Of a DNA stretch of 64,000 nt, positions 39,901 through 49,204 are shown one piece after another. Location of the stretch: assembly GCA_963779415.1 (NCBI GenBank), contig CAVZYA010000002.1:480001-544000 (forward strand), read 5' to 3'. Position 1 is the stretch's first letter, and every line of letters starts with the position of its first letter. Both the position numbers and the translations under genes were made by a program. The stretch comes from an uncultured Acidobacteriota bacterium. GTDB taxonomy: Bacteria; Acidobacteriota; Thermoanaerobaculia; UBA5066. Under the pieces are notes generated by a model. It saw only the letters and a list, made by a program, of their open reading frames with translations. It searched no databases and was not told where the DNA came from.

Positions 39901-41745
39901 ATGTGCGGCATCGTCGGATACGTCGGCCCCCGTGAGGCGCTCCCGATCCTTCTCGACGGGCTCTCGCGCCTCGAATACCGCGGCTACGACTCGGCCGGCG
40001 TCGCCGTCCTCGGAGACGACGGCGCCCTCCGGATCGCGCGGGCCGAAGGGAAGCTCGGGCGGCTCGCCACGAAGCTTGCCTCGGAGCCTCTCCAGGGGCG
40101 CATCGGCCTCGGCCACACCCGCTGGGCGACGCACGGGCGCCCTTCCGAGGAGAACGCGCACCCCCATCGCGACGCCTCGGGGCGCGTCGTCGTCATCCAC
40201 AACGGCATCATCGAGAACTTCCTTCCCCTGAAGCGCGCCCTCGAAGCCGAAGGGGTCTCGTTCACCTCCGAGACCGATACGGAAGTCGTGGCGCAGGCTC
40301 TCGGTGCCGCGTGCCGCCGGGCGAGGGGAAAGCCGTTCGGCGAGACAGTCCGCGAGGTCCTCGGGACGCTCCGCGGCATGTACGCTCTCGTCCTTCTTTC
40401 CGCGGACGAGCCGGGCGTCCTCTATGCCGCCAAGTGGGGTCCCCCCGTCGTCCTCGGGACGGCGTCGGGAGAGAGCTTCGTCGCCTCCGACGCGACGGCG
40501 CTCCTCCCGTACACGCGCGATCTCGTCTTCCTCGAGGACGGCGACCTCGCGCGCGTGACGGCCGGAGGGATCGAGGTGACCGACTTTTCGGGAGCGCCGC
40601 GCCCGCGTCCGGCCTACCGCGTCCCGTGGGACGCCGTGGCCGCCGAGAAGGGGGGGTTTCCCCACTTCATGGCGAAGGAGATCGCCGAGCAGCCTTCCGT
40701 CGTCGCCGAGACGGTCGGCAACAAGCTCTCGCTCGAGACGGGGCGCTTCGACGAGGAGGCGATGGGGGTGCCGCGGGCACTCGTCGCCGGAATCGAGCGG
40801 ATCCACCTCGTGGCCTGCGGGACGAGCTGGCACGCGGGGCTCGTCGGGAAGTTCCTCCTCGAGGAGATCGCGCGGATCCCGACCGAGGTCGACTACGCCT
40901 CGGAGTTCCGGTACCGCGCGCCGCTCGTCTCGCCGAAGGTCCTCGTCGTCGGGATCTCGCAGTCGGGCGAGACGGCCGACACCGTCGCGGCGCTCCAGGA
41001 GGCGAAGAAGCTGGGGGCGCGGACGGTCGGGATCGTGAACGTGCCGGGCTCGGCGATCGCCCGGATGGTCGACGGCGTTCTCGCCACCCATGCCGGCCCC
41101 GAGATCGGCGTCGCCTCGACGAAGGCCTTCACGACGCAGCTCGTCGCGATCGCCCTTTTCTCCCACTACGCCCGCGTCGCGCGCGGCGGGGCGGAGCTTT
41201 CGCCCGAGGATCCGTTCGTCAGGGGGCTCGCCCATCTCCCCACCGCGATCGGCGAGGCGCTGGCCCTCGAGCCGGAGATCGAGAAGCTCTCCCGGCGACT
41301 CCAGCACGCCCGGGACGTCCTCTTCCTCGGGCGGGGCGCGCACTACCCGATCGCCCTCGAGGGGGCTCTCAAGCTGAAGGAGATCTCGTACCTCCACGCC
41401 GAGGGGTATCCCGCCGGGGAGATGAAGCACGGGCCGATCGCCCTGATCGACACGGAGATGCCGGTCGTCGGCCTCGCCCCGAAGGACCCGCTCTACGAGA
41501 AGGTCGCCTCGAACCTCCGCGAGGTGAAGGCGCGAGAAGGGGTTCTCTTCGCCTTCGTGTCGAAGGGAGACGACGAGGTCGCGCTCTTCGCCGACGTCGC
41601 GCTCGAGATCCCGACGGTTCCGCCGGCTCTCCAGCCGGTCGTCTCCGTCGTCCCGCTCCAGCTCCTCGCGTACCACACGGCGCGCCGCCGCGGCTGCGAC
41701 GTCGACCAGCCCCGGAACCTCGCCAAGTCGGTGACGGTCGAATAG
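39901..41745 (+). CDS. glmS: glutamine--fructose-6-phosphate transaminase
   Basis: MCGIVG, LEYRGYDSAG, GHTRWATHG, SQSGETADT and PRNLAKSVTVE. Confidence 0.97.
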   Translation: MCGIVGYVGPREALPILLDGLSRLEYRGYDSAGVAVLGDDGALRIARAEGKLGRLATKLASEPLQGRIGLGHTRWATHGRPSEENAHPHRDASGRVVVIHNGIIENFLPLKRALEAEGVSFTSETDTEVVAQALGAACRRARGKPFGETVREVLGTLRGMYALVLLSADEPGVLYAAKWGPPVVLGTASGESFVASDATALLPYTRDLVFLEDGDLARVTAGGIEVTDFSGAPRPRPAYRVPWDAVAAEKGGFPHFMAKEIAEQPSVVAETVGNKLSLETGRFDEEAMGVPRALVAGIERIHLVACGTSWHAGLVGKFLLEEIARIPTEVDYASEFRYRAPLVSPKVLVVGISQSGETADTVAALQEAKKLGARTVGIVNVPGSAIARMVDGVLATHAGPEIGVASTKAFTTQLVAIALFSHYARVARGGAELSPEDPFVRGLAHLPTAIGEALALEPEIEKLSRRLQHARDVLFLGRGAHYPIALEGALKLKEISYLHAEGYPAGEMKHGPIALIDTEMPVVGLAPKDPLYEKVASNLREVKAREGVLFAFVSKGDDEVALFADVALEIPTVPPALQPVVSVVPLQLLAYHTARRRGCDVDQPRNLAKSVTVE

Positions 41746-41806
41746 CCGCGGCGGCGGGGGCGGCTCTTTCGGGACTTCCGGCCCGCTGCGCTACCATCCG
41801 CGGGCC

Positions 41807-44146
41807 TTGGGCGACCCCCGGAAGAGCCTCCTCGAAGGACTGAACCCCGAGCAGACCGCCGCCGTGACGCATGGCGAGGGGCCGCTCCTCGTCCTGGCCG
41901 GGGCGGGCTCGGGGAAGACGCGCGTCCTGACGCGGCGCCTCGCCTGGCTCGTGGCCGGCGGCGTCGCGCCGGAGGCCGTCGTCGCCGTCACCTTCACGAA
42001 CAAGGCCGCGGGGGAGATGAAGGAGCGGGTCGCGTCGCTCCTCGCGACCCAGCGCCCACGCTCCTTCGTCGGGACGTTCCACGCGTGGGGGGTCCGGCTC
42101 CTCCGGCGCTTCGCCGCCGAGGCCGGGGTTCCCCGCTCCTTCGTCGTCTTCGACGCCGACGACCAGCTCGCCGTCGTGAAGCGGGCGATGAAGGAGCTGG
42201 CCCTCCCGGAGAAGCTCGCGACGCCGCGCTCGCTCCTCGCGAAGATCTCCGCCGCGAAGAACTCGGCCCTCGCGGTCGAGGAGTTTCCCCGCCGCTTCGG
42301 CGACTTCCTCGGGACCCGTCTCGCGGAGCTCTTCCGGGCCTACGAGAAGGCGCTCGGTGCCTCCTCGGCCCTCGACTTCGACGACCTTCTCGTCCGGACC
42401 GAGCGGCTCCTCGCGAAGGAGGAGAGCGTCCGCGACCTCGTCCGCCGGAGCGTCCGTCACCTTCTCGTCGATGAGTACCAGGACACGAACCGGATACAGG
42501 CGCGCCTCGTGAAGCTCGTCTCGGGAGAAGCCGGGAACGTCTTCGCGGTCGGGGACGAGGACCAGTCGATCTACCGGTGGCGTGGCGCAGATGTCGGAAA
42601 CATCCTGGAGTTCGGCAAGGAGTTCCCGGGGGCGACGACGGTCCGGCTCGAGCGGAACTACCGCTCGACGGGGGCGATCCTCGAGGCGGCGGGGGCCGTC
42701 GTGGCCGAGAACAGGCGCCGGCTCGGGAAGACGCTCCGGGCGACGCGTCCCGGGGGGAGAAGGTCCGCCTGATCTCCTTCGACGAGGAGCGGGACGAGGC
42801 GCGCGAAGTCGTCTCGCGCCTCGTGGGGGCGCGGCGGGAGAACCCCTCGGGAACGGTCGCGGTCCTCTTCCGGACGAACGCGCAATCGCGGCCGTTCGAG
42901 GACGAGCTTCTCCGCGCGAACGTGCCGTACCTCCTCGTCGGCGGGACGAAGTTCTATGAGCGCGCCGAGGTGAAGGACGCCCTCGCCTACCTTCGCCTCC
43001 TCCGGAACCCGGACGACGACGTCTCTTTCCGGCGCGTCGTGAACGTCCCGGCACGCGGGATCGGCGCCGCGACGATGGAGGCGCTCGAGGCCGCGGCCTC
43101 CGGGCGCGCGACGTCGCTCTTCGGCGCGCTGGCCTCCCTCCCGCCGGGGATGACCGAGCGGGCGAAGAAAGCGCTCGGCGAGTTTCGTTCGCTCGTCCTG
43201 GGGCTCCGCGAGACGGCGGGGGACCAGGGCCTGGGCGCCGCGACGGCGGTCGCCGCCGTCCTCACGCAGACGGGCCTCCTCGCCCTCTACGAGAAGTCCA
43301 CCGACCCCGAGGACGAGGCGCGGCGGGAGAACCTCGACGAGCTTCTCTCGGCCGCGCGCGAGCACGAGCGGGCGCTCTCCGCCGGCGGGGAAGGGGACGA
43401 CCCGTCCCTCGCCGGCTTCCTCGACGCGGTCACGCTCCGCTCCGACGCCGACGAGGCGGACGAGCGGAAGGGGGTCCTTCTCATCACCCTCCACGCGGCC
43501 AAGGGGCTCGAGTTCGACGACGTTTTCCTCGTCGGGATGGAGGACGGCTCGCTCCCGCACATCTCCTCACGGCAGGACGAAGAGGAAGTGGAGGAGGAGC
43601 GGCGCCTCGCCTACGTCGGGATGACCCGGGCGAAGAATCACCTGACGCTCTCGTACGTGAGAAGGCGGATGGTTCGCGGCGAGTGGGTAAACCGCGATCC
43701 GTCGCCCTTCCTCGATGCCATTCCGGATAAGGCGCTCGTCCGGGAGGACCTCGGCTCGTTCGCCTCGAGGGGACTCGGGAGCGGCGGAGAACGCCGAATT
43801 TTCTTAGAGGGGGAAGAAAGGGAGAGGCGGATCCTCGGGTTTGCGGCATGGTGGTCGAGAGGTGCTGTTCCCGGACTACGAGGGGGAGTCGCAGGAGCCT
43901 TCGCCGGTTCGGCGCCCGACGGCGCGCCGCGGTTCGTCGGTCCCTCTCCCCCGGATGCGGCGGACGCCGCCGCCGCCGACCGCTTCCGGCTTCCGACGCG
44001 GCTCCCGCGTCGTCCATCCCGAGTACGGCGCCGGCGTCGTCCTGATGATCGAAGGCTCCGGCGACGAGGAGAAGCTGACCGTCTACTTCGACCGGGCCGG
44101 GCGGAAGAAGTTCGTCGCCCGCTTCGCGAATCTCTCCCCGGTGTAG
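41807..44146 (+). CDS. pcrA: ATP-dependent DNA helicase PcrA/UvrD; frameshifts near 42755 and 43810-43860
   Basis: AGAGSGKT, TFTNKAA, VDEYQD, GDEDQSIY, HAAKGLEF and EERRLAYVGMTRA. C-terminal Tudor-like V.HPEYG.G.V domain is in a third frame. Confidence 0.9.
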
Positions 44147-44161
44147 ATCGGGACGGTCGTC

Positions 44162-45853
44162 TTAGTCCTCCTCTTTCGCGAGGGCGAGGATGGCCCGGCG
44201 GAGCGGGCCGTGGGCGTCGAAGAGGCGGACGTAGTCCGACTCGCGAACGCCCCCCTTGGCGCGGATGACGTCGACGAGGGCGCTCCGGGAGGCGTCGCCC
44301 CAGCGCGAGAGGCCCGGAAGGAGCGTGACGAGCGGCGCCCATCGTGTGAAGGCGAGGCGCTCGCCGGGGGAGAAGCGGGTGAGAGACGGCACCGAGAGAA
44401 GCGCCTGCGCCTCGCGCAGCGTCTCCCGGGCGGCGCGCTCGCGGTCGGGCCCGAAGCGCTTCGCGACGGCGTCGGTCACCGCGAGGCCGACGCTCGGCAG
44501 GTTCGCGACGCCGATGACGTCGTTCCGCGCCGACCCGAGGTGGAAGTAGAGGTTCTGCTTCGCGAGCCTCCGGAGCGTCGCCGGGGTGGAGCGCGACTTC
44601 GGGTTCTTCTTCAGGCGCGCTTCCTCCTGGCGCATGAGGGCGAGGGCCTCCTTCGCCTTCGGGAGGAACCCCATCTTCCGGTAGAACCACCAGGCCCCCG
44701 ACTCGATCCCCTCCTCGTTGTCGTCGCCGAGCTGGTACGGAAAGATCGTGAAGCTGTCGGCGCCGAAGAGGGCGCGCGTGACGCCGAGGACCCGGCCGTA
44801 AAGAAGACCGGCCTCCGCCCCGCGGAACGACTCGAAGACGTTGAAGGCGACCTCGGACGATCCGAAGAGCCCGCTCACGAGGACGTACCCGACCGGAATG
44901 CCGTTCTTGATCGTCAGGAAGGCGTAGACCGACTCGAGGAGAAGGCGGCGCTCGGGGACGGCGCCGAAGACGGCGAAGAAGAGGCCGTCGCCGCAGTCCG
45001 CGAGGCGGACGTCCCGGACGCTCGGATACTCGAAGACGTTGAGGTCCCGCTGCCGCGTCACCATCGAGGCGCGGGCCGCGTCGATCAGCCGGCGTGCGGT
45101 GCCGGCCGAGACCGGGCGGAAGGAGACGGGAGGGCGGTTCGCCTCCAGAGCGACGTCGGGGCGGCCCCGCGAGAGGGGAGTGCGCTGAAAGAAGACGGGA
45201 AAGCCGGGAAGCCGGGCCCGCGTCCGGGTCGGCGTACCCGGGCCGGCCGCGAGGCGGAGCATCGGCGCGAACGACTCGTAGAGCCATTCCTTCCAGAACT
45301 CGTCGACGGGAAGCGCCGCGATCCGCGCGAGGAGGTACGCGGCGTCTGTCACGCGAGGCCCGGCGAGGCGGCGGAGCCACCCTTTCGTCCCGAGGTCGAT
45401 CTCGTCGAGGCCCGGCGTCTCGGCATAGAGAGAAAGGAGCGGGAGAAGATCCTCGAGCGCCTTCGCCTTCTCGAACGCTTCCCAGTCGACCCTCAGGCGG
45501 TCCCCCCAGCTTTTCGCGAGCCAGCGGGCCGTCGCGTAATAGAAGGGATACGTCGTCTCCGTCCCGGCGATCCCGGAGTCGACGAGCGAGGAGCGGAAGC
45601 GTCGGAGATCCTCGCGCCGGTCGAACCGGGCGAGGAGCCGCCGGACGTCCGAAAGGAGGGGGGCGTTGTCGGGGAAGGCCTCGAGGAAGCAGAGCGCTTC
45701 GTGGAGCCTCTCGACGGCGCGCGCGGACCCGAGGGCGCCCCGCCCGAGCGGGACGAGGAGGGCGCGCTTCCTTCGGGCCGAGCCGGGGCCGTAGGCGAGA
45801 CGAAGCAACTCGAGCTCGGCGAGCGCCGCGGCGGGCGTCTTTTGTGTCGTCAT
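44162..45853 (-). CDS. 563-aa hypothetical protein with GNAT-like C-terminal motif
   Basis: Long ORF with host codon usage and ESGAWWFYRKMGF. Start overlaps the PadR gene stop. Confidence 0.75.
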   Translation of the reverse strand: MTTQKTPAAALAELELLRLAYGPGSARRKRALLVPLGRGALGSARAVERLHEALCFLEAFPDNAPLLSDVRRLLARFDRREDLRRFRSSLVDSGIAGTETTYPFYYATARWLAKSWGDRLRVDWEAFEKAKALEDLLPLLSLYAETPGLDEIDLGTKGWLRRLAGPRVTDAAYLLARIAALPVDEFWKEWLYESFAPMLRLAAGPGTPTRTRARLPGFPVFFQRTPLSRGRPDVALEANRPPVSFRPVSAGTARRLIDAARASMVTRQRDLNVFEYPSVRDVRLADCGDGLFFAVFGAVPERRLLLESVYAFLTIKNGIPVGYVLVSGLFGSSEVAFNVFESFRGAEAGLLYGRVLGVTRALFGADSFTIFPYQLGDDNEEGIESGAWWFYRKMGFLPKAKEALALMRQEEARLKKNPKSRSTPATLRRLAKQNLYFHLGSARNDVIGVANLPSVGLAVTDAVAKRFGPDRERAARETLREAQALLSVPSLTRFSPGERLAFTRWAPLVTLLPGLSRWGDASRSALVDVIRAKGGVRESDYVRLFDAHGPLRRAILALAKEED

Positions 45854-46353
45854 GCGGACGTCCTCGGGTGGCGGGACAGTATCACCGCGGCTTCCGCGTC
45901 GGCCCACGCCATCTCGGTCTCGAGGAGGGCGCGGCGGCGCCGCCGCGCCGCGCTCGTCCCGGGCGGCGCGCTCCGAAGCTCCCCGGAGACGAGGTCGCGC
46001 CATGCGTGGAGGACGGCGACGCGGTCGGCGTGGGGGCGTGCCTCGAGAAAGGCGAGGCGTGCGAGCGCCGGGTCCCGTTCGCGTCGGCGCGAAGGGGGCT
46101 CGGCGAGCCAGGTCCGGAACTCCCGGAGACCGGCTGGCGTGACGCGGTACTCGCGGCGAGGCGGGCCCTTCGGCGAACGGCGCCTTCGGACGGAGACGAA
46201 GCCGCCGCGGCGGAGCCGCTCGAGAGCGGGGTAGATCTGCGCGAGCGTGGCGTCCCATCCGAGGGCGGGGTCGTCCGCCAGACGCTCCTTCAGGTCCCAC
46301 CCCGAAGCGCTCGCGCGGGAAAGAAGGCCCAGAAGAAGATGAGAGAGGGACAC
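45850..46353 (-). CDS. PadR family transcriptional regulator
   Basis: LLLGLL....SGWDL, QIYPALERL and RREYRVTPAG...F..WL. Confidence 0.88.
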   Translation of the reverse strand: MSLSHLLLGLLSRASASGWDLKERLADDPALGWDATLAQIYPALERLRRGGFVSVRRRRSPKGPPRREYRVTPAGLREFRTWLAEPPSRRRERDPALARLAFLEARPHADRVAVLHAWRDLVSGELRSAPPGTSAARRRRRALLETEMAWADAEAAVILSRHPRTSA

Positions 46354-46360
46354 GCCGAAA

Positions 46361-46380
46361 GTATATAATAAATTATATAC
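46361..46380. promoter_or_regulatory. perfect palindrome, likely PadR operator overlapping the -10 element
   Basis: GTATATAAT-AA-ATTATATAC. On the minus strand TATACT lies 6 nt before the GTG start. Confidence 0.7.
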
Positions 46381-46454
46381 TGAGGTGCAAAAGCCCGCCG
46401 CGGCCTGTGGAAAAGATGAACGTTCGAGCACCTCCGGCCGGGGAGATTTCGGGC

Positions 46455-46484
46455 AAAAAAATAAGGGGGCCGATTCCAGCCCCC
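46455..46484 (-). terminator. intrinsic terminator
   Basis: gggggc-tggaatcg-gccccc followed by ttattttttt on the minus strand. Confidence 0.8.
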
Positions 46485-46520
46485 GTTTCCCGGAAATATT
46501 GTGAATGGAATGAGATGGGC

Positions 46521-46586
46521 TTACTTCTTGCCCTTCTTCGTCCCCTTCTTGGTGGCCTTCTTGGTGGCCTTCTTCTTCGTCGCCAT
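46521..46586 (-). CDS. 21-aa lysine-rich micropeptide (MATKKKATKKATKKGTKKGKK)
   Basis: Strong SD GGAGGTGA, ATG, all Lys codons AAG, TAA stop and a terminator behind it. Confidence 0.75.
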   Translation of the reverse strand: MATKKKATKKATKKGTKKGKK

Positions 46587-46921
46587 TGCTACTGTCACCT
46601 CCCTTTGGCAGAGTGGATTGACAGAGCCGGAAACCGCGTGCTAGCTTGCCGGTCCCTCGAAGGACGGGGGCTCGCGGCTCAGGATCTGTCGACTGCCGTC
46701 TTGTGAATCCGGTTCGACCGATGTCAAAGAGTCCGGGTCAACCCGTGCGGCGTCGTGACTTGCCCTCGCGACGCCGCTTTTCTTTTCTCTTCCGGAATTC
46801 TAGAAGCAACGACTTGCGGGACGCAAGCATTTTTTTCTTGACGAGCGGCCGAGCGTCGTCCTCGCGCGTCGACGCGCCTCCCGGCATCCGGGCTACCATC
46901 GTCGGCGGAGATCTCGCCGAC

Positions 46922-47776
46922 ATGACCGATCCGACGATCGTCCTCGCCCACTCGCCCGACTCCGACGACGCGTTCATGTTCTACGGCCTGCGCGCCGGCG
47001 CCGTCGACACGGAGGGGATCCGTTACCGCCACGAGCTCGCCGACATCGAGACGCTGAACCGGCGCGCGCTCGACGGGGAGCTCGCGATCACCGCGGTCTC
47101 CTTCCACGCGTACGCGTTTCTCGCGGATCGCTACCTTCTCCTGCCGCACGGCGCATCCTTCGGCGACGGTTACGGCCCGTGCGTCGTCGGCCGGCGCGCG
47201 GAGGGGGCTCCCCGGACGCTCGCAGAGCTCGCGGGGCGCCGGGTCGCGATCCCGGGCGCGCTCACCTCGGCGGCCCTCGCGCTCCGCCTCTACGCGCCGG
47301 GGGCGGTCCCGGTCGTGATCGCATTCGACCGCGTCGGCGAAGCCGTGATGCGGGGCGACGTGGAGGCGGGCGTCGTCATCCACGAAGGGCAGCTCACCTG
47401 GGAGGACGAGGGGTTTCACCTCGTGGCCGACCTCGGCGCCGTCTGGAAGAAGGAGACGGGGCTTCCTCTCCCGCTCGGCGGCAACGCGGTGAGGCGGGAC
47501 CTCGGCGCCGAGACGATCGGAAAGGTCTCGCGCGGTCTCGGACGCTCGATCGCCTACGCGCTGGCCCATCGCGAGGAAGCGCTCACCGATGCGATGCGGT
47601 TCGCGCGCGGGCTCCCGCGCGAGAAGGCGGACCGCTTCGTCGGAATGTACGTGAACGACTGGACGCTCGCGTACGGCCCCGAGGGGCGCGAGGCCGTCCG
47701 CCTCTTTCTCGCGCGCGGCTTTGAGGCCGGGGTGCTGCCGGAGCGCGTCGAGCCGGAGTGGGTGCCGGAGACGTGA
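46922..47776 (+). CDS. mqnD: MqnA/MqnD family menaquinone (futalosine pathway) protein, MqnD-like
   Basis: AHSPDSDDAFMF, DIETLN, GASFGDGYGP, IHEGQLT, LPLPLGGN and FVGMYVN. Confidence 0.8.
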   Translation: MTDPTIVLAHSPDSDDAFMFYGLRAGAVDTEGIRYRHELADIETLNRRALDGELAITAVSFHAYAFLADRYLLLPHGASFGDGYGPCVVGRRAEGAPRTLAELAGRRVAIPGALTSAALALRLYAPGAVPVVIAFDRVGEAVMRGDVEAGVVIHEGQLTWEDEGFHLVADLGAVWKKETGLPLPLGGNAVRRDLGAETIGKVSRGLGRSIAYALAHREEALTDAMRFARGLPREKADRFVGMYVNDWTLAYGPEGREAVRLFLARGFEAGVLPERVEPEWVPET

Positions 47777-48318
47777 ACGCTCCGCCCCGCCCGGGGCCCC
47801 TCGCCGGCTTCTACCTCTTCCTCTCGGCGCTCTGGGCCGGAGCGCTCCTCTTCTTCGCCTTCGGGGCGGGAATCGTCCTCCGGAGCGCGCCGACCCGGGC
47901 CGACGGCGGCGTCGTGAACCGGGCGCTCCTCGACGCACTCGACGTGGCGTCGCTCGCCTTCGCGGCGGCGATCCTCCTTCTCCTCGCGTTTCTCTCCCGT
48001 GGCGGCGGCTGGAGCGGCACGTCGCGTGCGTTCGCGCTTCGCCTTCTCCTGCTCGGGGCCGTGGCAGCCTTCGTCTCGCTCTACCTGATCACGCCCGAGC
48101 TGGTGGCGCTCCGGTCGAAGGCGGGCCCGCTCTTCGACTCGCTCCCCGCGACGGACCCGCTCCGGCGAGCATGGGGACGGCTGCACGCCCTCTCGATGCT
48201 CACCCTCGCCGTCCGGATCGTCTCGGCCTGCGCGGCGTTCGCCCTCGGCCTCCGGGCGGGGCGGCCTGCCGCGACGCCGGCCGGGCCGGCGGCTCCCCCG
48301 CCCCGAGACACCGCGTAA
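47773..48318 (+). CDS. DUF4149/TMEM205-like membrane protein
   Basis: Four TM helices, LWAGALLFFAF and WGRLHALS. Confidence 0.75.
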   Translation: MNAPPRPGPLAGFYLFLSALWAGALLFFAFGAGIVLRSAPTRADGGVVNRALLDALDVASLAFAAAILLLLAFLSRGGGWSGTSRAFALRLLLLGAVAAFVSLYLITPELVALRSKAGPLFDSLPATDPLRRAWGRLHALSMLTLAVRIVSACAAFALGLRAGRPAATPAGPAAPPPRDTA

Positions 48319-49204
48319 GAAAGGTGCTCCACCGGCGCCCGTATTCCGCGGTCCGGAGGCCGGAAGGCTCGTCGGCGTGGTGTTCGTGTCCGGCGCGCGG
48401 AACGATCCAGAGCACCTTCTCGCCGCCGAGCGCCGCGAAGACGTCGCGCCCGAGCGCCACGGGGACGAGGTCGTCCTCCTCGCCGTGGACGACGACGGAG
48501 GGACAGACGACATGCCGCGCGGCGGCGAGCGGGTCGAGGCGGGACGCGGGGAGCCCGGCCGCGTTCTCCACGAGCGCGACGAAGAGGCGGCCGGCGGGCG
48601 CGGCAAGGACGCGCGGAACGCCCGTGGCGCGCGAGAGGTAGATCCCGGCCATCGCGCCGAGGTCTCCGAACGGGGAGCGAAGCCAGAGGGCGCGGACGGA
48701 CGGGCTCGCCGCGGCGGCATGAATCGCGAGGAGCGCCCCCATCGAGGCTCCGTCGAGGACGATCCGCCCCGGATCGAGAGCGAAGCGGCGCGCCGCCTCC
48801 GCGAGGAGCCTCGCGAGGTCCTCCGTTTCCCGGAGGCCGTACGTGATCCGCTCTCCCCCGGAAGGCGCGTGAGAGCGCAGCTCGGGAACGAGCACGTTCA
48901 GGCCGAGGCGAAGGGCCCGGACGGCGTCGCGCCGCCACTCCGAAGCGTCGCCTCCCTTGCCGTGGAGAAAGACGACCGTGCCGCGCCGGGCCGCTCTTCC
49001 CGCCGATGCGGCGTGCGCGACGAGGCGCGCCGGCTCGGCCGGATCGCCTTCGAAGTCGAACGTCTCGAAGAAGCCGCCGGGGCCGGCCGCCTCGCGGAGG
49101 GAGAGGCGGAACGCGATCTCCCGCTCGCCGCGGCGTTTGCGGCTCTCCGGGGTGTCCCCTTCGAGGTTCGTGGACTCGAGGAAGAGCGAGGCGAGCGGGA
49201 TCAG
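48200..49204 (-). CDS. alpha/beta hydrolase (start uncertain)
   Basis: FLHGKGG, RSHAPSGG..ITYG..E..D, GASMG, VHGEEDDLVP and AGH. Confidence 0.75.
   Translation of the reverse strand: MIPLASLFLESTNLEGDTPESRKRRGEREIAFRLSLREAAGPGGFFETFDFEGDPAEPARLVAHAASAGRAARRGTVVFLHGKGGDASEWRRDAVRALRLGLNVLVPELRSHAPSGGERITYGLRETEDLARLLAEAARRFALDPGRIVLDGASMGALLAIHAAAASPSVRALWLRSPFGDLGAMAGIYLSRATGVPRVLAAPAGRLFVALVENAAGLPASRLDPLAAARHVVCPSVVVHGEEDDLVPVALGRDVFAALGGEKVLWIVPRAGHEHHADEPSGLRTAEYGRRWSTFLTRCLGAGEPPARPASRQAAPPGGRGRTPRRPRRSGRRG

Noticed and set aside
46455-46800. tmRNA, RNase P RNA or SRP RNA
   Set aside because: No tRNA-like ends or Ala-ending tag, no GAGGAAAGTCC, and no SRP GGAA-loop motif.
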